The notes beneath the pieces were generated by a model. That model saw only the letters and a program-made list of their open reading frames with translations. It did no database searches and had not been told where the DNA came from. Position numbers and translations under genes: made by a program. Below, piece after piece: positions 31,396 through 41,141 of a stretch of 64,000 bases of DNA. Each line of letters begins with the position of its first letter. The stretch's first letter is position 1. Source of the stretch: Escherichia coli (GTDB taxonomy: Bacteria; Pseudomonadota; Gammaproteobacteria; Enterobacterales; Enterobacteriaceae); the NCBI RefSeq assembly GCF_011045215.1, contig NZ_CP049201.1, one strand, 5' to 3'.

Positions 31396-32229
31396 ATGCA
31401 GCGCTTATTTCTTTTGGTTGCCGTCATGTTACTGAGCGGATGCTTAACCGCCCCGCCTAAAGAAGCCGCCAGACCGACATTAATGCCTCGAGCTCAGAGC
31501 TACAAAGATTTGACCCATCTGCCAGCGCCGACGGGTAAGATCTTTGTTTCGGTATACAACATTCAGGACGAAACCGGGCAATTTAAACCCTACCCGGCAA
31601 GTAACTTCTCCACTGCTGTTCCGCAAAGCGCCACGGCAATGCTGGTCACGGCATTGAAAGATTCTCGCTGGTTTATACCGCTGGAGCGCCAGGGCTTACA
31701 AAACCTGCTTAACGAGCGCAAGATTATTCGTGCGGCACAAGAAAACGGCACGGTTGCCATTAATAACCGAATCCCGCTGCAATCTTTAACGGCGGCAAAT
31801 ATCATGGTTGAAGGTTCGATTATCGGTTATGAAAGCAACGTCAAATCTGGCGGGGTTGGGGCAAGATATTTTGGGATCGGTGCCGACACGCAATACCAGC
31901 TCGATCAGATTGCCGTGAACCTGCGCGTCGTCAATGTGAGTACCGGTGAGATCCTCTCCTCGGTGAACACCAGTAAGACGATACTTTCCTATGAAGTTCA
32001 GGCCGGGGTTTTCCGCTTTATTGACTACCAGCGCTTGCTGGAAGGGGAAGTGGGTTACACCTCAAACGAACCCGTTATGCTGTGTCTGATGTCGGCTATC
32101 GAAACAGGGGTCATTTTCCTGATTAATGATGGTATTGACCGTGGTCTGTGGGATTTGCAGAACAAAGCAGAACGGCAGAATGACATTCTGGTGAAATACC
32201 GCCATATGTCGGTTCCACCGGAATCCTGA
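31396..32229 (+). CDS. csgG: Curli secretion channel lipoprotein CsgG
   Basis: 277 aa, MQRLFLLVAVMLLSGC lipobox. Confidence 0.97.
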   Translation: MQRLFLLVAVMLLSGCLTAPPKEAARPTLMPRAQSYKDLTHLPAPTGKIFVSVYNIQDETGQFKPYPASNFSTAVPQSATAMLVTALKDSRWFIPLERQGLQNLLNERKIIRAAQENGTVAINNRIPLQSLTAANIMVEGSIIGYESNVKSGGVGARYFGIGADTQYQLDQIAVNLRVVNVSTGEILSSVNTSKTILSYEVQAGVFRFIDYQRLLEGEVGYTSNEPVMLCLMSAIETGVIFLINDGIDRGLWDLQNKAERQNDILVKYRHMSVPPES

Positions 32230-32234
32230 CAGAT

Positions 32235-32265
32235 AAAAAAGCCGGAATTATCATCCGGCATTTTA
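32235..32265. terminator. Bidirectional terminator between csgG and ycdZ
   Basis: A-run, GCCGGA-attatca-TCCGGC stem, then ATTTT. Confidence 0.7.
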
Positions 32266-32292
32266 CTGCTTAAGCGAAAGCGTGAGTGCCCC

Positions 32293-32784
32293 TCACGCTT
32301 TATTTTTGATTTCCTGCTCACGGTGCGCCGTCTTTGCACTACGCGCCGCCAGCCACAGGCCGCTGTTTTTCATTGCGTAACCAAATATCAGCCCAAGCGC
32401 CAGCGAAGGTAACACCAGTTTCCAGTCACCCTGCCCGGCAAACGTCGCGCATGCGCCTATAAACGTCCCCGGAACAAATGAAAGCAGCAGCTGTTTGGCC
32501 TGAATACACATCAGAAACGCGACAATACCGGTTATGACATAACCGAGAATTTCCAAATGTGGCGTCAGTGCACTACCGTAAATAATGACCATCGCCCACA
32601 CCACGCCACTAAGCAGGGTTGCAGCGGAGATCGCCAGCCCTTTCAGCCCACCTTGCGGGCAGGCAAAGTAGGCCGTACAGCCCAGGAAGCCCGCCCAGCT
32701 TAGTAAGCCCAGGGAAACAGCCACCCATCCCCAGATACCGGAGAGAATGCCTGTTGTGATTGCAATAGAGAGAAGTATGTTCAT
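32293..32784 (-). CDS. ycdZ: Inner membrane protein YcdZ (DUF1097)
   Basis: 163 aa from the internal Met MNILLSIAITTGILSGIWGWVAV. Confidence 0.9.
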   Translation of the reverse strand: MNILLSIAITTGILSGIWGWVAVSLGLLSWAGFLGCTAYFACPQGGLKGLAISAATLLSGVVWAMVIIYGSALTPHLEILGYVITGIVAFLMCIQAKQLLLSFVPGTFIGACATFAGQGDWKLVLPSLALGLIFGYAMKNSGLWLAARSAKTAHREQEIKNKA

Positions 32785-32885
32785 GCCGCGCATGATAGCA
32801 GAAAACGCGGCCATGAATGAGATCGAGCACACATTTTATGCAACAACAAATTATCTGTTGCAGTTATGAGTGACGATGATCACAT

Positions 32886-33440
32886 TTACTCTTCAGAATC
32901 TTCTTCCAGCTCGTCCCACATTGCACTAATGGCATCACGGGTTAGCGGTGCCATGGTGCGCCAGAAAGGCGTGGTTGCATGGGCCTCCACTTTGCCGAGG
33001 AACGCACCACACCAGGGTAACAGATACTCACTGAACAGTGTTTCCAGTGCTTCGCTCTCATCTTCCGTTGACTGATCTTCCAGCCAGGAAGCCGCAAGCA
33101 GCAATGTGCCGATGTGATCGGCTGGCGTATCCGCCAGTGGCATCCCTCGTTCGGAAAGAAAAGCGCGCACTTCCGCTTCCGTTGCGTCCTCAACCCATGC
33201 GCTACGATATGGCGGCACGGCACATTCATCGCCGATAAACAACGCATTGTAATCGGCAGAGACTTGCGCCATATCACAGCTTTTCTGTAAACGCGTCAGT
33301 AACTCATCCTGCTCCAGTGGCCAGTTCGCAGCCAGTTTCCCCTCACGAATCAGGGTAAACAGCGGCACCAGTAAAGGATCTTGCGGTTGGCGGTAATAGA
33401 GCGAACCCAGCACACGACAGAGGATAGAAAACTCGTTCAT
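32886..33440 (-). CDS. ycdY: TorD-family chaperone YcdY
   Basis: 184 aa, MNEFSILCRVLGSLYYRQPQDPLLVPLF. Confidence 0.9.
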   Translation of the reverse strand: MNEFSILCRVLGSLYYRQPQDPLLVPLFTLIREGKLAANWPLEQDELLTRLQKSCDMAQVSADYNALFIGDECAVPPYRSAWVEDATEAEVRAFLSERGMPLADTPADHIGTLLLAASWLEDQSTEDESEALETLFSEYLLPWCGAFLGKVEAHATTPFWRTMAPLTRDAISAMWDELEEDSEE

Positions 33441-33463
33441 TAATATATTTCCATTACTAGTAA

Positions 33464-34201
33464 TTAAAGGTCTGCAAATTCCGCAATCGGTGCCATACCG
33501 CGAGATTCAAGGAAGTTCAGTAAGCGGCGCGGCGAAACATTCAAAATGCGCTCTGGCGGAAAATCTACCGCGTCGAGGATTTTAAGACACTCTTCAAATT
33601 CCCCCATGGTAAACGCGGTGTGAGAATCCGAGCCTAATGCCACCCAACCTCCAGCATCACGTACCGCTGCGGCTACCGCACGACAGTTGTCTTCACTGCC
33701 CTTACGTGAGTGTAAAAATGAAGAATTATTGATTTCCAGCGCCACCTGATGTTTCGCGGCTGCTTCAGCAACGGCTTTCACATCTATTTCATATTTGGGA
33801 TTTCCGGGATGGCTTATTATATGCACATTGCCGCTGGCGATAGTGGCGATCATCGCTTGTGTATTGGTCGCTTTGTCATGTGGTGCAAAAACCGGCTCAT
33901 GAAAACCGGCAATAATCAGATCCAGCGAGTCAAACATTTTACCGCTGCAATCAATTTCACCATCAACATTTTTAATGTTAGCTTCGATGCCGCGCAGGAT
34001 CCCTACCCCATCAACCACTCGCGGCCAGATACGCATGTTAATGAAGTGCCAGTGATGCGGAGCATCTTCCATATCCGGGCCATGATCGGTGATCGCAAAA
34101 AGTTTAATGCCCTTTTGTTTGGCCTGGGCAATGTAATCACTCAATGTGCTATATGCATGTGTGCTGGCAACGGTATGCATATGAAGGTCGACGGGATACA
34201 T
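33464..34201 (-). CDS. ycdX: PHP-domain zinc phosphatase YcdX
   Basis: 245 aa, [23 protein letters not shown] motif. Confidence 0.95.
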
Positions 34202-34255
34202 AACTCTCTCCTGTATTCAATTCCCGCCAAGGATAGCAGGAATCCTGATGCTTTA

Positions 34256-35233
<978 letters not shown>

Positions 35234-35427
35234 TTATCGTTATGATCTACAAAGACCACCAGCATAACAAATCCGTGGTCGGTGGCAAAAAAAGCAGATT
35301 TCGCTTATTAAAACCACATATTGATTGAAGTTTGAATAAACGCGCGATTTTTTAAAAAAGTTTGTTGACCTCAGGTCATGATTTCCCTAAATTAGCGCCC
35401 GTTCCAGCAAGACAGGAACGACAATTT

Positions 35428-35515
35428 GGTGAGGTGTCCGAGTGGCTGAAGGAGCACGCCTGGAAAGTGTGTATACGGCAACGTATCGGGGGTTCGAATC
35501 CCCCCCTCACCGCCA
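35428..35515 (+). tRNA. serX: tRNA-Ser (GGA anticodon), serX
   Basis: GGTGAGGTGTCCGAGTGGCTGAAGGAGCACGCCTGGAAAGTGTG...GGTTCGAATCCCCCCCTCACCGCCA. It has a long variable arm, a CT-GGA-AA anticodon loop and an encoded CCA. Confidence 0.95.
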
Positions 35516-35521
35516 GATTAT

Positions 35522-35559
35522 AAGCGCATGTTATTGTTTAACATGCGCTTTTTTATTTT
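35522..35559 (+). terminator. Rho-independent terminator of serX
   Basis: 12-bp stem AAGCGCATGTTA / TAACATGCGCTT followed by TTTTATTTT. Confidence 0.8.
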
Positions 35560-35664
35560 CCCTTTCAGACAGTATGCCATCGGGTATGCCATCTGAAACC
35601 GGTTTATATGCCCCGCGATCATATCTTATCGGACAATTTCCGATCTTTGAGCATACTGGCAAAG

Positions 35665-36507
35665 CTATACTGCCAGCATATCAGGATAGTGTTTTGCGAT
35701 AATATCATTCAGTCTGTCAACCAGTTCTGGTTTTCTGAACGTGATATGCGCGGAGCCCTTCTTAAAGTATCTGATGCTGAACATCTCATCTTCATAGCTC
35801 TCTTTACCCTGAACAGACTGAATGTGATCATCCAGACGAAGGGTGATGTTTCCCCGGTTGTCGGGGATTGGTTTACCGCTGAACAGGTGCAACATTCTTT
35901 CCAGATCGGCGAGTCGATCTGCCTGTTGCCCGGTGATAAGGTGAAATCCCCACCGGTCCCACCTCACCAGGTTGTTGACGATAATTTTACTGCCAAATTT
36001 GCAGGGGCAATTGGTTTTGTAATTCCAGTTCAATCCTCTGAAGACGTTGATCACCCCTCGCTCAAACACCTCATCCTTATTCTGGTGCAGTTGTTCAAAT
36101 GTGCTCAGAATGTTCGCTTCGCTGATTTCCGGAAAATTATCGTACTCCAGTGACCGGTACCATGTATCACGGGCCTGCGTATCCATTAATGACAGCATCC
36201 CGGAACGTTGCATCAGGTCACGCCAGATTTCGCGATCAAGATTCCGGGTAATGGCTTTCATTGCTGTTTCGGGTTTCTCCATCAGCCAGCAACCGCAGCG
36301 AAAATCCTGTTTCATGGCCCAGTCCGGGGCAGTTTTACCTCCGATGCTTTCCGTCAGCACCGAGATTTCAGCCAGTTGTCGGATAAGTGTGTCGATTTGC
36401 AACAGTGTACTCTTTCGTACAGCCAGAATGTGGCGAATGCTGGTTGAGCAGATAACGTCCGTATGCCCGTTGACCACTTCCGGACGGGAGATTGTGATAT
36501 CTGACAT
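35665..36507 (-). CDS. DUF4942-type protein (last gene of CP4-like modules)
   Basis: 280 aa, MSDITISRPEVVNGHTDVICSTSIRHILAV.... I recognise it as the conserved protein that follows the cbtA-family region in E. coli CP4-type islands. The family name is from memory. Confidence 0.75.
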   Translation of the reverse strand: MSDITISRPEVVNGHTDVICSTSIRHILAVRKSTLLQIDTLIRQLAEISVLTESIGGKTAPDWAMKQDFRCGCWLMEKPETAMKAITRNLDREIWRDLMQRSGMLSLMDTQARDTWYRSLEYDNFPEISEANILSTFEQLHQNKDEVFERGVINVFRGLNWNYKTNCPCKFGSKIIVNNLVRWDRWGFHLITGQQADRLADLERMLHLFSGKPIPDNRGNITLRLDDHIQSVQGKESYEDEMFSIRYFKKGSAHITFRKPELVDRLNDIIAKHYPDMLAV

Positions 36508-36591
36508 AATCGATATTCCTTTTTGCAGATAAATGAAAACGCCAGCCCTGTTCAGGCTGGCGTCAGAGGAATGAAGTCTGGTGAGTGAGCT

Positions 36592-36789
36592 TCACCGGTT
36601 CTGGTGCAGAAGCTGCAGATGACGCAGGGTACGGACATCCTCCCGGGCCTGTTCGATACAGGGCAACAGTGCTGCTGAATCCGTTTTATCCTCATCGTTG
36701 TCAAAGATAATTCCCGATCCGCAGTCGATATTGTCCTGCAGCCACGCAATCAGAATATCCAGCGCTGTTTCCGTGGTTAATGATTTCAT
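36592..36789 (-). CDS. Small DUF957-type protein (YkfH/YpjJ-like)
   Basis: 65 aa from the internal Met MKSLTTETALDILIAWLQDNIDCGSGIIFDNDEDKTDS. Family name from memory. Confidence 0.65.
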   Translation of the reverse strand: MKSLTTETALDILIAWLQDNIDCGSGIIFDNDEDKTDSAALLPCIEQAREDVRTLRHLQLLHQNR

Positions 36790-36800
36790 GTTGTTTCTGG

Positions 36801-37289
36801 TTACCAGTCGAAAGTGGGTAAACCCGGCAGGCATTCAGCGCTGGCATCCAGATGAATGAGACTGACGCCATAACGTCGGGTAAGTGTGACAACCAGACGA
36901 CGGAACGTTTTTGACAGGCCCAGGCGCTTAAGCCGCAGAACCGGGTATGACCACGCATCGGTACGTAACAGATATCCGCTACCTGTGAAATGAATCCATT
37001 CTGATTCGCCGGTGTCATTCGTCTGATGTGACAGCGAGTACAGCCAGGCGTTGTCCTTTTCCGTGATATGTGCGGTACTGCAGCGTATGCCGGTAAGGGC
37101 AGCAAATGGTGGCGTGCAGTCTGCTGAGGTCCGGTCAGATTCATCAACAACACGAAGGGAGTAGCCGTTATCGCAGACCATGTTAATCAGTTCAGCGAGC
37201 TCAATACCATCAACGTCAACGACAATGCGCCCCATGTTCAGTGCCTGCACGTTAATGCTGTCGGCTTCCAGCGTCAGGGCCAGTTTCAT
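36801..37289 (-). CDS. DUF5983-type protein (YeeW-region protein)
   Basis: 162 aa. Its start overlaps the cbtA-like stop (ATGA). It has the conserved position after the toxin gene. Confidence 0.65.
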   Translation of the reverse strand: MKLALTLEADSINVQALNMGRIVVDVDGIELAELINMVCDNGYSLRVVDESDRTSADCTPPFAALTGIRCSTAHITEKDNAWLYSLSHQTNDTGESEWIHFTGSGYLLRTDAWSYPVLRLKRLGLSKTFRRLVVTLTRRYGVSLIHLDASAECLPGLPTFDW

Positions 37290-37663
37290 TGTTTCGCCCC
37301 CGGATGTTTACCCAGGGTAATGTTATTTACCGTTCTGTAGTTGTCGCGTGTCATCAGGCCGGTTGCCCGGCGTGCCCGGAGGATATCAATACTGTTTATT
37401 AACTGAGAACGGGTACAGGCGCTGAATCCCGGCTGGTCGGTACGCACCAGTGCGTATTTTTCAACGAGAAAGTTCACCGCATTGCACAGTGAAATGCCTG
37501 CCTCAATATGCTGCTCAATCACACGTTCATCAGCGAACGGTGTGTCATTCAGTGTGAGACCGTAATGCTGGTCCAGCAGTCGGGTGAGCAGTGTCTGCCA
37601 GATGGTGACGGGAGACGGGCAGCGCGATGCCTCCCGTACGTGTGTGTCAGGTAATGTTTTCAT
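37286..37663 (-). CDS. cbtA: CbtA/YeeV/YkfI-family type IV toxin (cytoskeleton inhibitor)
   Basis: 125 aa from the internal Met MKTLPDTHVREASRCPSPVTIWQTLLTRLLDQHYGLTLNDTPF, typical of the CbtA family. The exact paralogue is not determined. Confidence 0.85.
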   Translation of the reverse strand: MKTLPDTHVREASRCPSPVTIWQTLLTRLLDQHYGLTLNDTPFADERVIEQHIEAGISLCNAVNFLVEKYALVRTDQPGFSACTRSQLINSIDILRARRATGLMTRDNYRTVNNITLGKHPGAKQ

Positions 37664-37709
37664 CTTAAGTTCTCTGTAACTGGTAGTGCTAAAGGTGAGA
37701 TATTCGGGG

Positions 37710-38084
37710 TTATGAGGTGGTTGCGGGTGCCAGTGTCGAATAAACAGCCATATAAACGTAACCACAGCTGCCGAGGGTGTCGGCTTCGCAGGTCAGCCCT
37801 CTGGCATACAGCGTGACGGTATGCTGATGGCGGGGATTCAGTTCACCGCTGGTGAGCATGAGTTCCAGTTGTTTCATCAGCAGCGGAAAGGCCTGGTCCA
37901 GATGGTACGCATCCGCGTCGCTGAACCGGCCTCTGATACCGGCGCGGTCTGCAAGGTAATGCAACCGGTTACCCTCCTGCACCAGACGTGCTCCGAAACA
38001 AGGTGTCACGGTACAGGGCAGTCCCCACCAGGGGCGGCCGCGATTGTCGTCGGGATGAGTTGTCTCATGGAGTGTGTCTGACAC
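37710..38084 (-). CDS. cbeA: CbeA/YeeU/YafW-family type IV antitoxin
   Basis: 124 aa, ...WGLPCTVTPCFGARLVQEGNRLHYLADRAGIRGRFSDADAYHLDQAFPLLMKQLELML. Lies immediately upstream of the toxin. Confidence 0.85.
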   Translation of the reverse strand: MSDTLHETTHPDDNRGRPWWGLPCTVTPCFGARLVQEGNRLHYLADRAGIRGRFSDADAYHLDQAFPLLMKQLELMLTSGELNPRHQHTVTLYARGLTCEADTLGSCGYVYMAVYSTLAPATTS

Positions 38085-38158
38085 AATAAAATCCTCACAA
38101 AAAATCAGTTAAGAATGGTCCGGTGGCAGCGATAATTCTGCTCATCATTTCTCCTGAC

Positions 38159-38380
38159 TCAGTTCAGAGTGACGCTCATCAGCCGGACATACGGGCCAAA
38201 ACTGTCCTTACGGCGTTCTGCAAACACGGCCAGCACACCGGGAATATCCTGCACTTCACGACCGGTATACGCCTCAGCACTGCCGTGCCAGCGGTATTTG
38301 CCGGTACAGAACGGAAAAAGACGGGATGCAGGATGTTGTTGGTGAATACGCATGGCTTCACCACGGGTGATAATTTTCAT
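38159..38380 (-). CDS. DUF987-type protein (YeeT-like)
   Basis: 73 aa, MKIITRGEAMRIHQQHPASRLFPFCTGKYRWHGSAE. Confidence 0.7.
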   Translation of the reverse strand: MKIITRGEAMRIHQQHPASRLFPFCTGKYRWHGSAEAYTGREVQDIPGVLAVFAERRKDSFGPYVRLMSVTLN

Positions 38381-38448
38381 GGTGGGATACCTCTGAAGAC
38401 AGAAGATAAAAGTGAAAACAGGTGTGATGTGGTTGTGACGGTGACGGG

Positions 38449-38922
38449 TTAAAGCAGACCGTGTTCCGCAAAGGAGAAAACCTGGTTGCCTCCGACTATC
38501 AGATGGTCCGGCACCCGGATGTCCACCAGGGCCAGCGCCTGTACCAGACGTTCGGTGATAAGCCGGTCTGCCTTACTGGGTGTGACTTCACCGGACGGAT
38601 GATTGTGTGCCAGCACCACGGCTGCGGCATTGTGATACAGGGCGCGTTTAATCACTTCCCGGGGATGGACTTCCGTGCGGTTGATAGTGCCGGTGAAGAG
38701 GGTTTCACCGGCAATCAGCTGATTCTGGTTATTCAGATACAGCACCCGGAATTCTTCACGCTCCAGTCCCGCCATGTTCAGAATCAGCCATTCCCGTGCC
38801 GCATGCGTGGAGGTGAAGGCCACGCCGGGTTCATGAAGATGGCGGTCCAGGGTTTTCAGGGCCCGCTGAATGAGACTGCGCTCGCCGGGCGTCATCTCTC
38901 CGGGCAGAAAGGAAAGCTGTTG
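38449..38922 (-). CDS. RadC-like JAB/MPN domain protein (YeeS/YkfG/YfjY family)
   Basis: 157 aa from the internal Met MQQLSFLPGEM. JAMM motif AHNHPSGEVTPSKAD. Confidence 0.85.
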   Translation of the reverse strand, partial: QQLSFLPGEMTPGERSLIQRALKTLDRHLHEPGVAFTSTHAAREWLILNMAGLEREEFRVLYLNNQNQLIAGETLFTGTINRTEVHPREVIKRALYHNAAAVVLAHNHPSGEVTPSKADRLITERLVQALALVDIRVPDHLIVGGNQVFSFAEHGLL

Positions 38923-38940
38923 CATTGCCCCTGCCTCCAT

Positions 38941-39426
38941 TCAGTCGATGATGCGCATAATGGCGCTGCATTCCGGATGTTGCAGGGCGTAATCCCGCAA
39001 CCGATAATAATGGACCGTCATGGCATAACACTCCGTACGACAGGCATGATGACTGTACGTCATCAGACAGGCGGCAATGCCGGCGGCTTCCGGACTCATT
39101 TCAGCGCGGTTACCGTTCATGGCATTGAACAGTACCCATGTTTCGTCATCATCGTCATCCGGTTCGGGTGCCATAAATGCCCCGCCGTTGTTCAGGGTGT
39201 ACAGATTCCAGATACCACCGCAGTAGTCTTCGCACAGACGGTCCATCCAGCCGAAGACACGGGGTTCCAGGGTCACCCACTGTGGAATGAGGCCAAAGTG
39301 CTGCGGCCAGAAGCTGATGCGCTGTTCATCAGGGACGGGAGTGGCAACCAACTGAGACTGGTTATTCCCTGATGCAGTAGTTACGGAAACAGAAGGTGTG
39401 GTGGAGCTATGCGAAAAGGTTGTCAT
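38941..39426 (-). CDS. Antirestriction protein (YfjX/YafX, ArdB/KlcA-like)
   Basis: 161 aa, ...FWPQHFGLIPQWVTLEPRVFGWMDRLCEDYCGGIWNLYTLNNGGAFMAP. Confidence 0.8.
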   Translation of the reverse strand: MTTFSHSSTTPSVSVTTASGNNQSQLVATPVPDEQRISFWPQHFGLIPQWVTLEPRVFGWMDRLCEDYCGGIWNLYTLNNGGAFMAPEPDDDDDETWVLFNAMNGNRAEMSPEAAGIAACLMTYSHHACRTECYAMTVHYYRLRDYALQHPECSAIMRIID

Positions 39427-39517
39427 GAGATGATTCCTTATAAAAAGTAAATGAATGGAAGAATGCCTGGGGATTGGTACAGACGTGAGTCAGGGCTGCA
39501 CTTTCAGGGAAACAGCA

Positions 39518-40336
39518 TTAGCGCATGCTCTCCAGCAGCGTTTCTGCCATCACCCACAATGCGCGATTGAGCTTAATGTCCGTGTCGATGCTGTGAATGG
39601 CACGGGTGTGGATACGTTTTCCTTTAGCGCTGCGACCGGAAATTCCGCCTTTCAGCATATTCTCCTGAATGGTCTGATAAGCACTCCACAGGTCCTTACC
39701 GTAATCCTCCCTGCGTCGTGGTGTCAGAATGTCGGCGGTGGTGACGGGCTGATGTTCGTCACCATAACGGTAAGTCAGTGCCGCCTGTGCCAGCGCCTGG
39801 TGTGCCGGTGGCGGCAGAATCAGCGACTGCATGGCATCACGCTTTTCCTCAATCCGGTCAAAAACGCCCACCACTTCGTAAGCCCCTTCAATAACTTTCT
39901 CCACCACGTCTCCCCGGTGCGGAACACGCACCTCTCCCAGAGACTGACCGCAGACGCACCCGTTCTGACAAACGAATCTGAAGTAACCCGGCAGCATCTG
40001 GTAGCTGGAGGTACCGTCATGGGAATTGAGCAGGATGATTTCCGGGACATGCTGTCCGTTTATCTCTCCGGCCCGCCGCAGACGCAGCATGTGTTTGGTA
40101 TACCCCCGGCGGCCCGGGTCACGTACGCGGGTCTGGCAGGCGAAGAAGGGCTGAAAGCCCTCCCGCTGCAGACTTTCCAGCACGGTGATGGTGGGGATAT
40201 ACGTATAGCGTTCACTGCGGGAGGTATGCCGGTCTTCCCCAAAAATACCGGGTACATAGTGCATCAGCTCTTCATGTGTCAGCGGACGGTCACGGCGTAT
40301 CTGGTTCGCATAACCAAAACGACTTGCTAATCGCAT
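39518..40336 (-). CDS. DUF932 protein (YfjQ/YafZ family)
   Basis: 272 aa, MRLASRFGYANQIRRDRPLTHEELMHYVPGIFGEDRHTSRSERYTYIPT. Confidence 0.8.
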   Translation of the reverse strand: MRLASRFGYANQIRRDRPLTHEELMHYVPGIFGEDRHTSRSERYTYIPTITVLESLQREGFQPFFACQTRVRDPGRRGYTKHMLRLRRAGEINGQHVPEIILLNSHDGTSSYQMLPGYFRFVCQNGCVCGQSLGEVRVPHRGDVVEKVIEGAYEVVGVFDRIEEKRDAMQSLILPPPAHQALAQAALTYRYGDEHQPVTTADILTPRRREDYGKDLWSAYQTIQENMLKGGISGRSAKGKRIHTRAIHSIDTDIKLNRALWVMAETLLESMR

Positions 40337-40551
40337 GATCTGCTCCTTATGAATGATTAAGCGGTATAAATGAAAAAGCCGCAGCTCCCGGAGAAGACGC
40401 GGCCTGATGGATGATGTTTATTGTCTGAGGTACCCTTCACGGGCGGGCCACGCATTAAGCTGTTATGACAGCAACCGCCTGCCCGTATGAGAAAGATCCT
40501 TCAGCCAGGACATACTCTGTGTAACCCGGCATATCTGTTTTCTCCTGATAA

Positions 40552-40586
40552 ATAAAAAGCCTCTGCCACGCGTTGTGACAGAGGCT
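40552..40586 (-). terminator. Rho-independent terminator after the IrmA-like gene
   Basis: On the minus strand, GCCTCTG ... CAGAGGC stem followed by TTTTTATTTAT. Confidence 0.7.
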
Positions 40587-40610
40587 GAAGCATGAAACTG
40601 ACTTCAGGGA

Positions 40611-41066
40611 TCAGTTAACGTTTTTTCCGGAAACGGTAATTAGCAGTGGATGGTAGTCCTGGGGATCGAAAACCGATAACGGCAGACTGACACGATGGCC
40701 GTTACTTTCTTCAGTTGCTTTAATGATTTCGGTTGTGGCGACATTTTCCACGCACTCCGTTTCCAGAAATGCGTCTGTGGTTCGCGTGGCATCACTGTCA
40801 CCAAAGGCTTCCGTTTCCATTTTTCTGGTCACCAGCCTCTGACCATATTTGTCTTTGAGTTGCAGAGTGATGGTGAGGGGGCCAAATCCTTCTCCGTTTC
40901 CGCCATTATCCAGCCGGAACTGGTAAGCACAAATATTTCCCGGGAGCCATATCGTATCTGTATTGCGTATACTGATGTAACGTTGATCCTGTGCCCGGAG
41001 TGGGGCAGACCACGTTAACCCCAGAATGACGCCGGTAATAATGCAGGTTTTGAACAGGTGAATCAT
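40611..41066 (-). CDS. Small secreted protein, possibly IrmA-like
   Basis: 151 aa with signal peptide MIHLFKTCIITGVILGLTWSAPLRA. It sits after ag43-yeeR. The IrmA assignment is from remembered genomic context only. Confidence 0.6.
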   Translation of the reverse strand: MIHLFKTCIITGVILGLTWSAPLRAQDQRYISIRNTDTIWLPGNICAYQFRLDNGGNGEGFGPLTITLQLKDKYGQRLVTRKMETEAFGDSDATRTTDAFLETECVENVATTEIIKATEESNGHRVSLPLSVFDPQDYHPLLITVSGKNVN

Positions 41067-41141
41067 GGTATTTACCTCTCTGAGTCATGACGATGACACT
41101 GACAAATCAGGTGATAAAACGTAAAAGGTGCAGAATACTCG

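Noticed and set aside
35608-36153. 181-aa plus-strand ORF starting just after serX
   Set aside because: It lies antisense to the DUF4942-type gene. It might have been mistaken for a tRNA-adjacent integrase, but it has no tyrosine-recombinase motifs (no R..H..R..Y pattern).
38461-40330. Two long plus-strand ORFs (303 aa at 38,461-39,372 and 291 aa at 39,455-40,330)
   Set aside because: They lie exactly antisense to the RadC-like, antirestriction and DUF932 genes, whose translations match recognisable families. The plus-strand products are low-complexity with no motifs.
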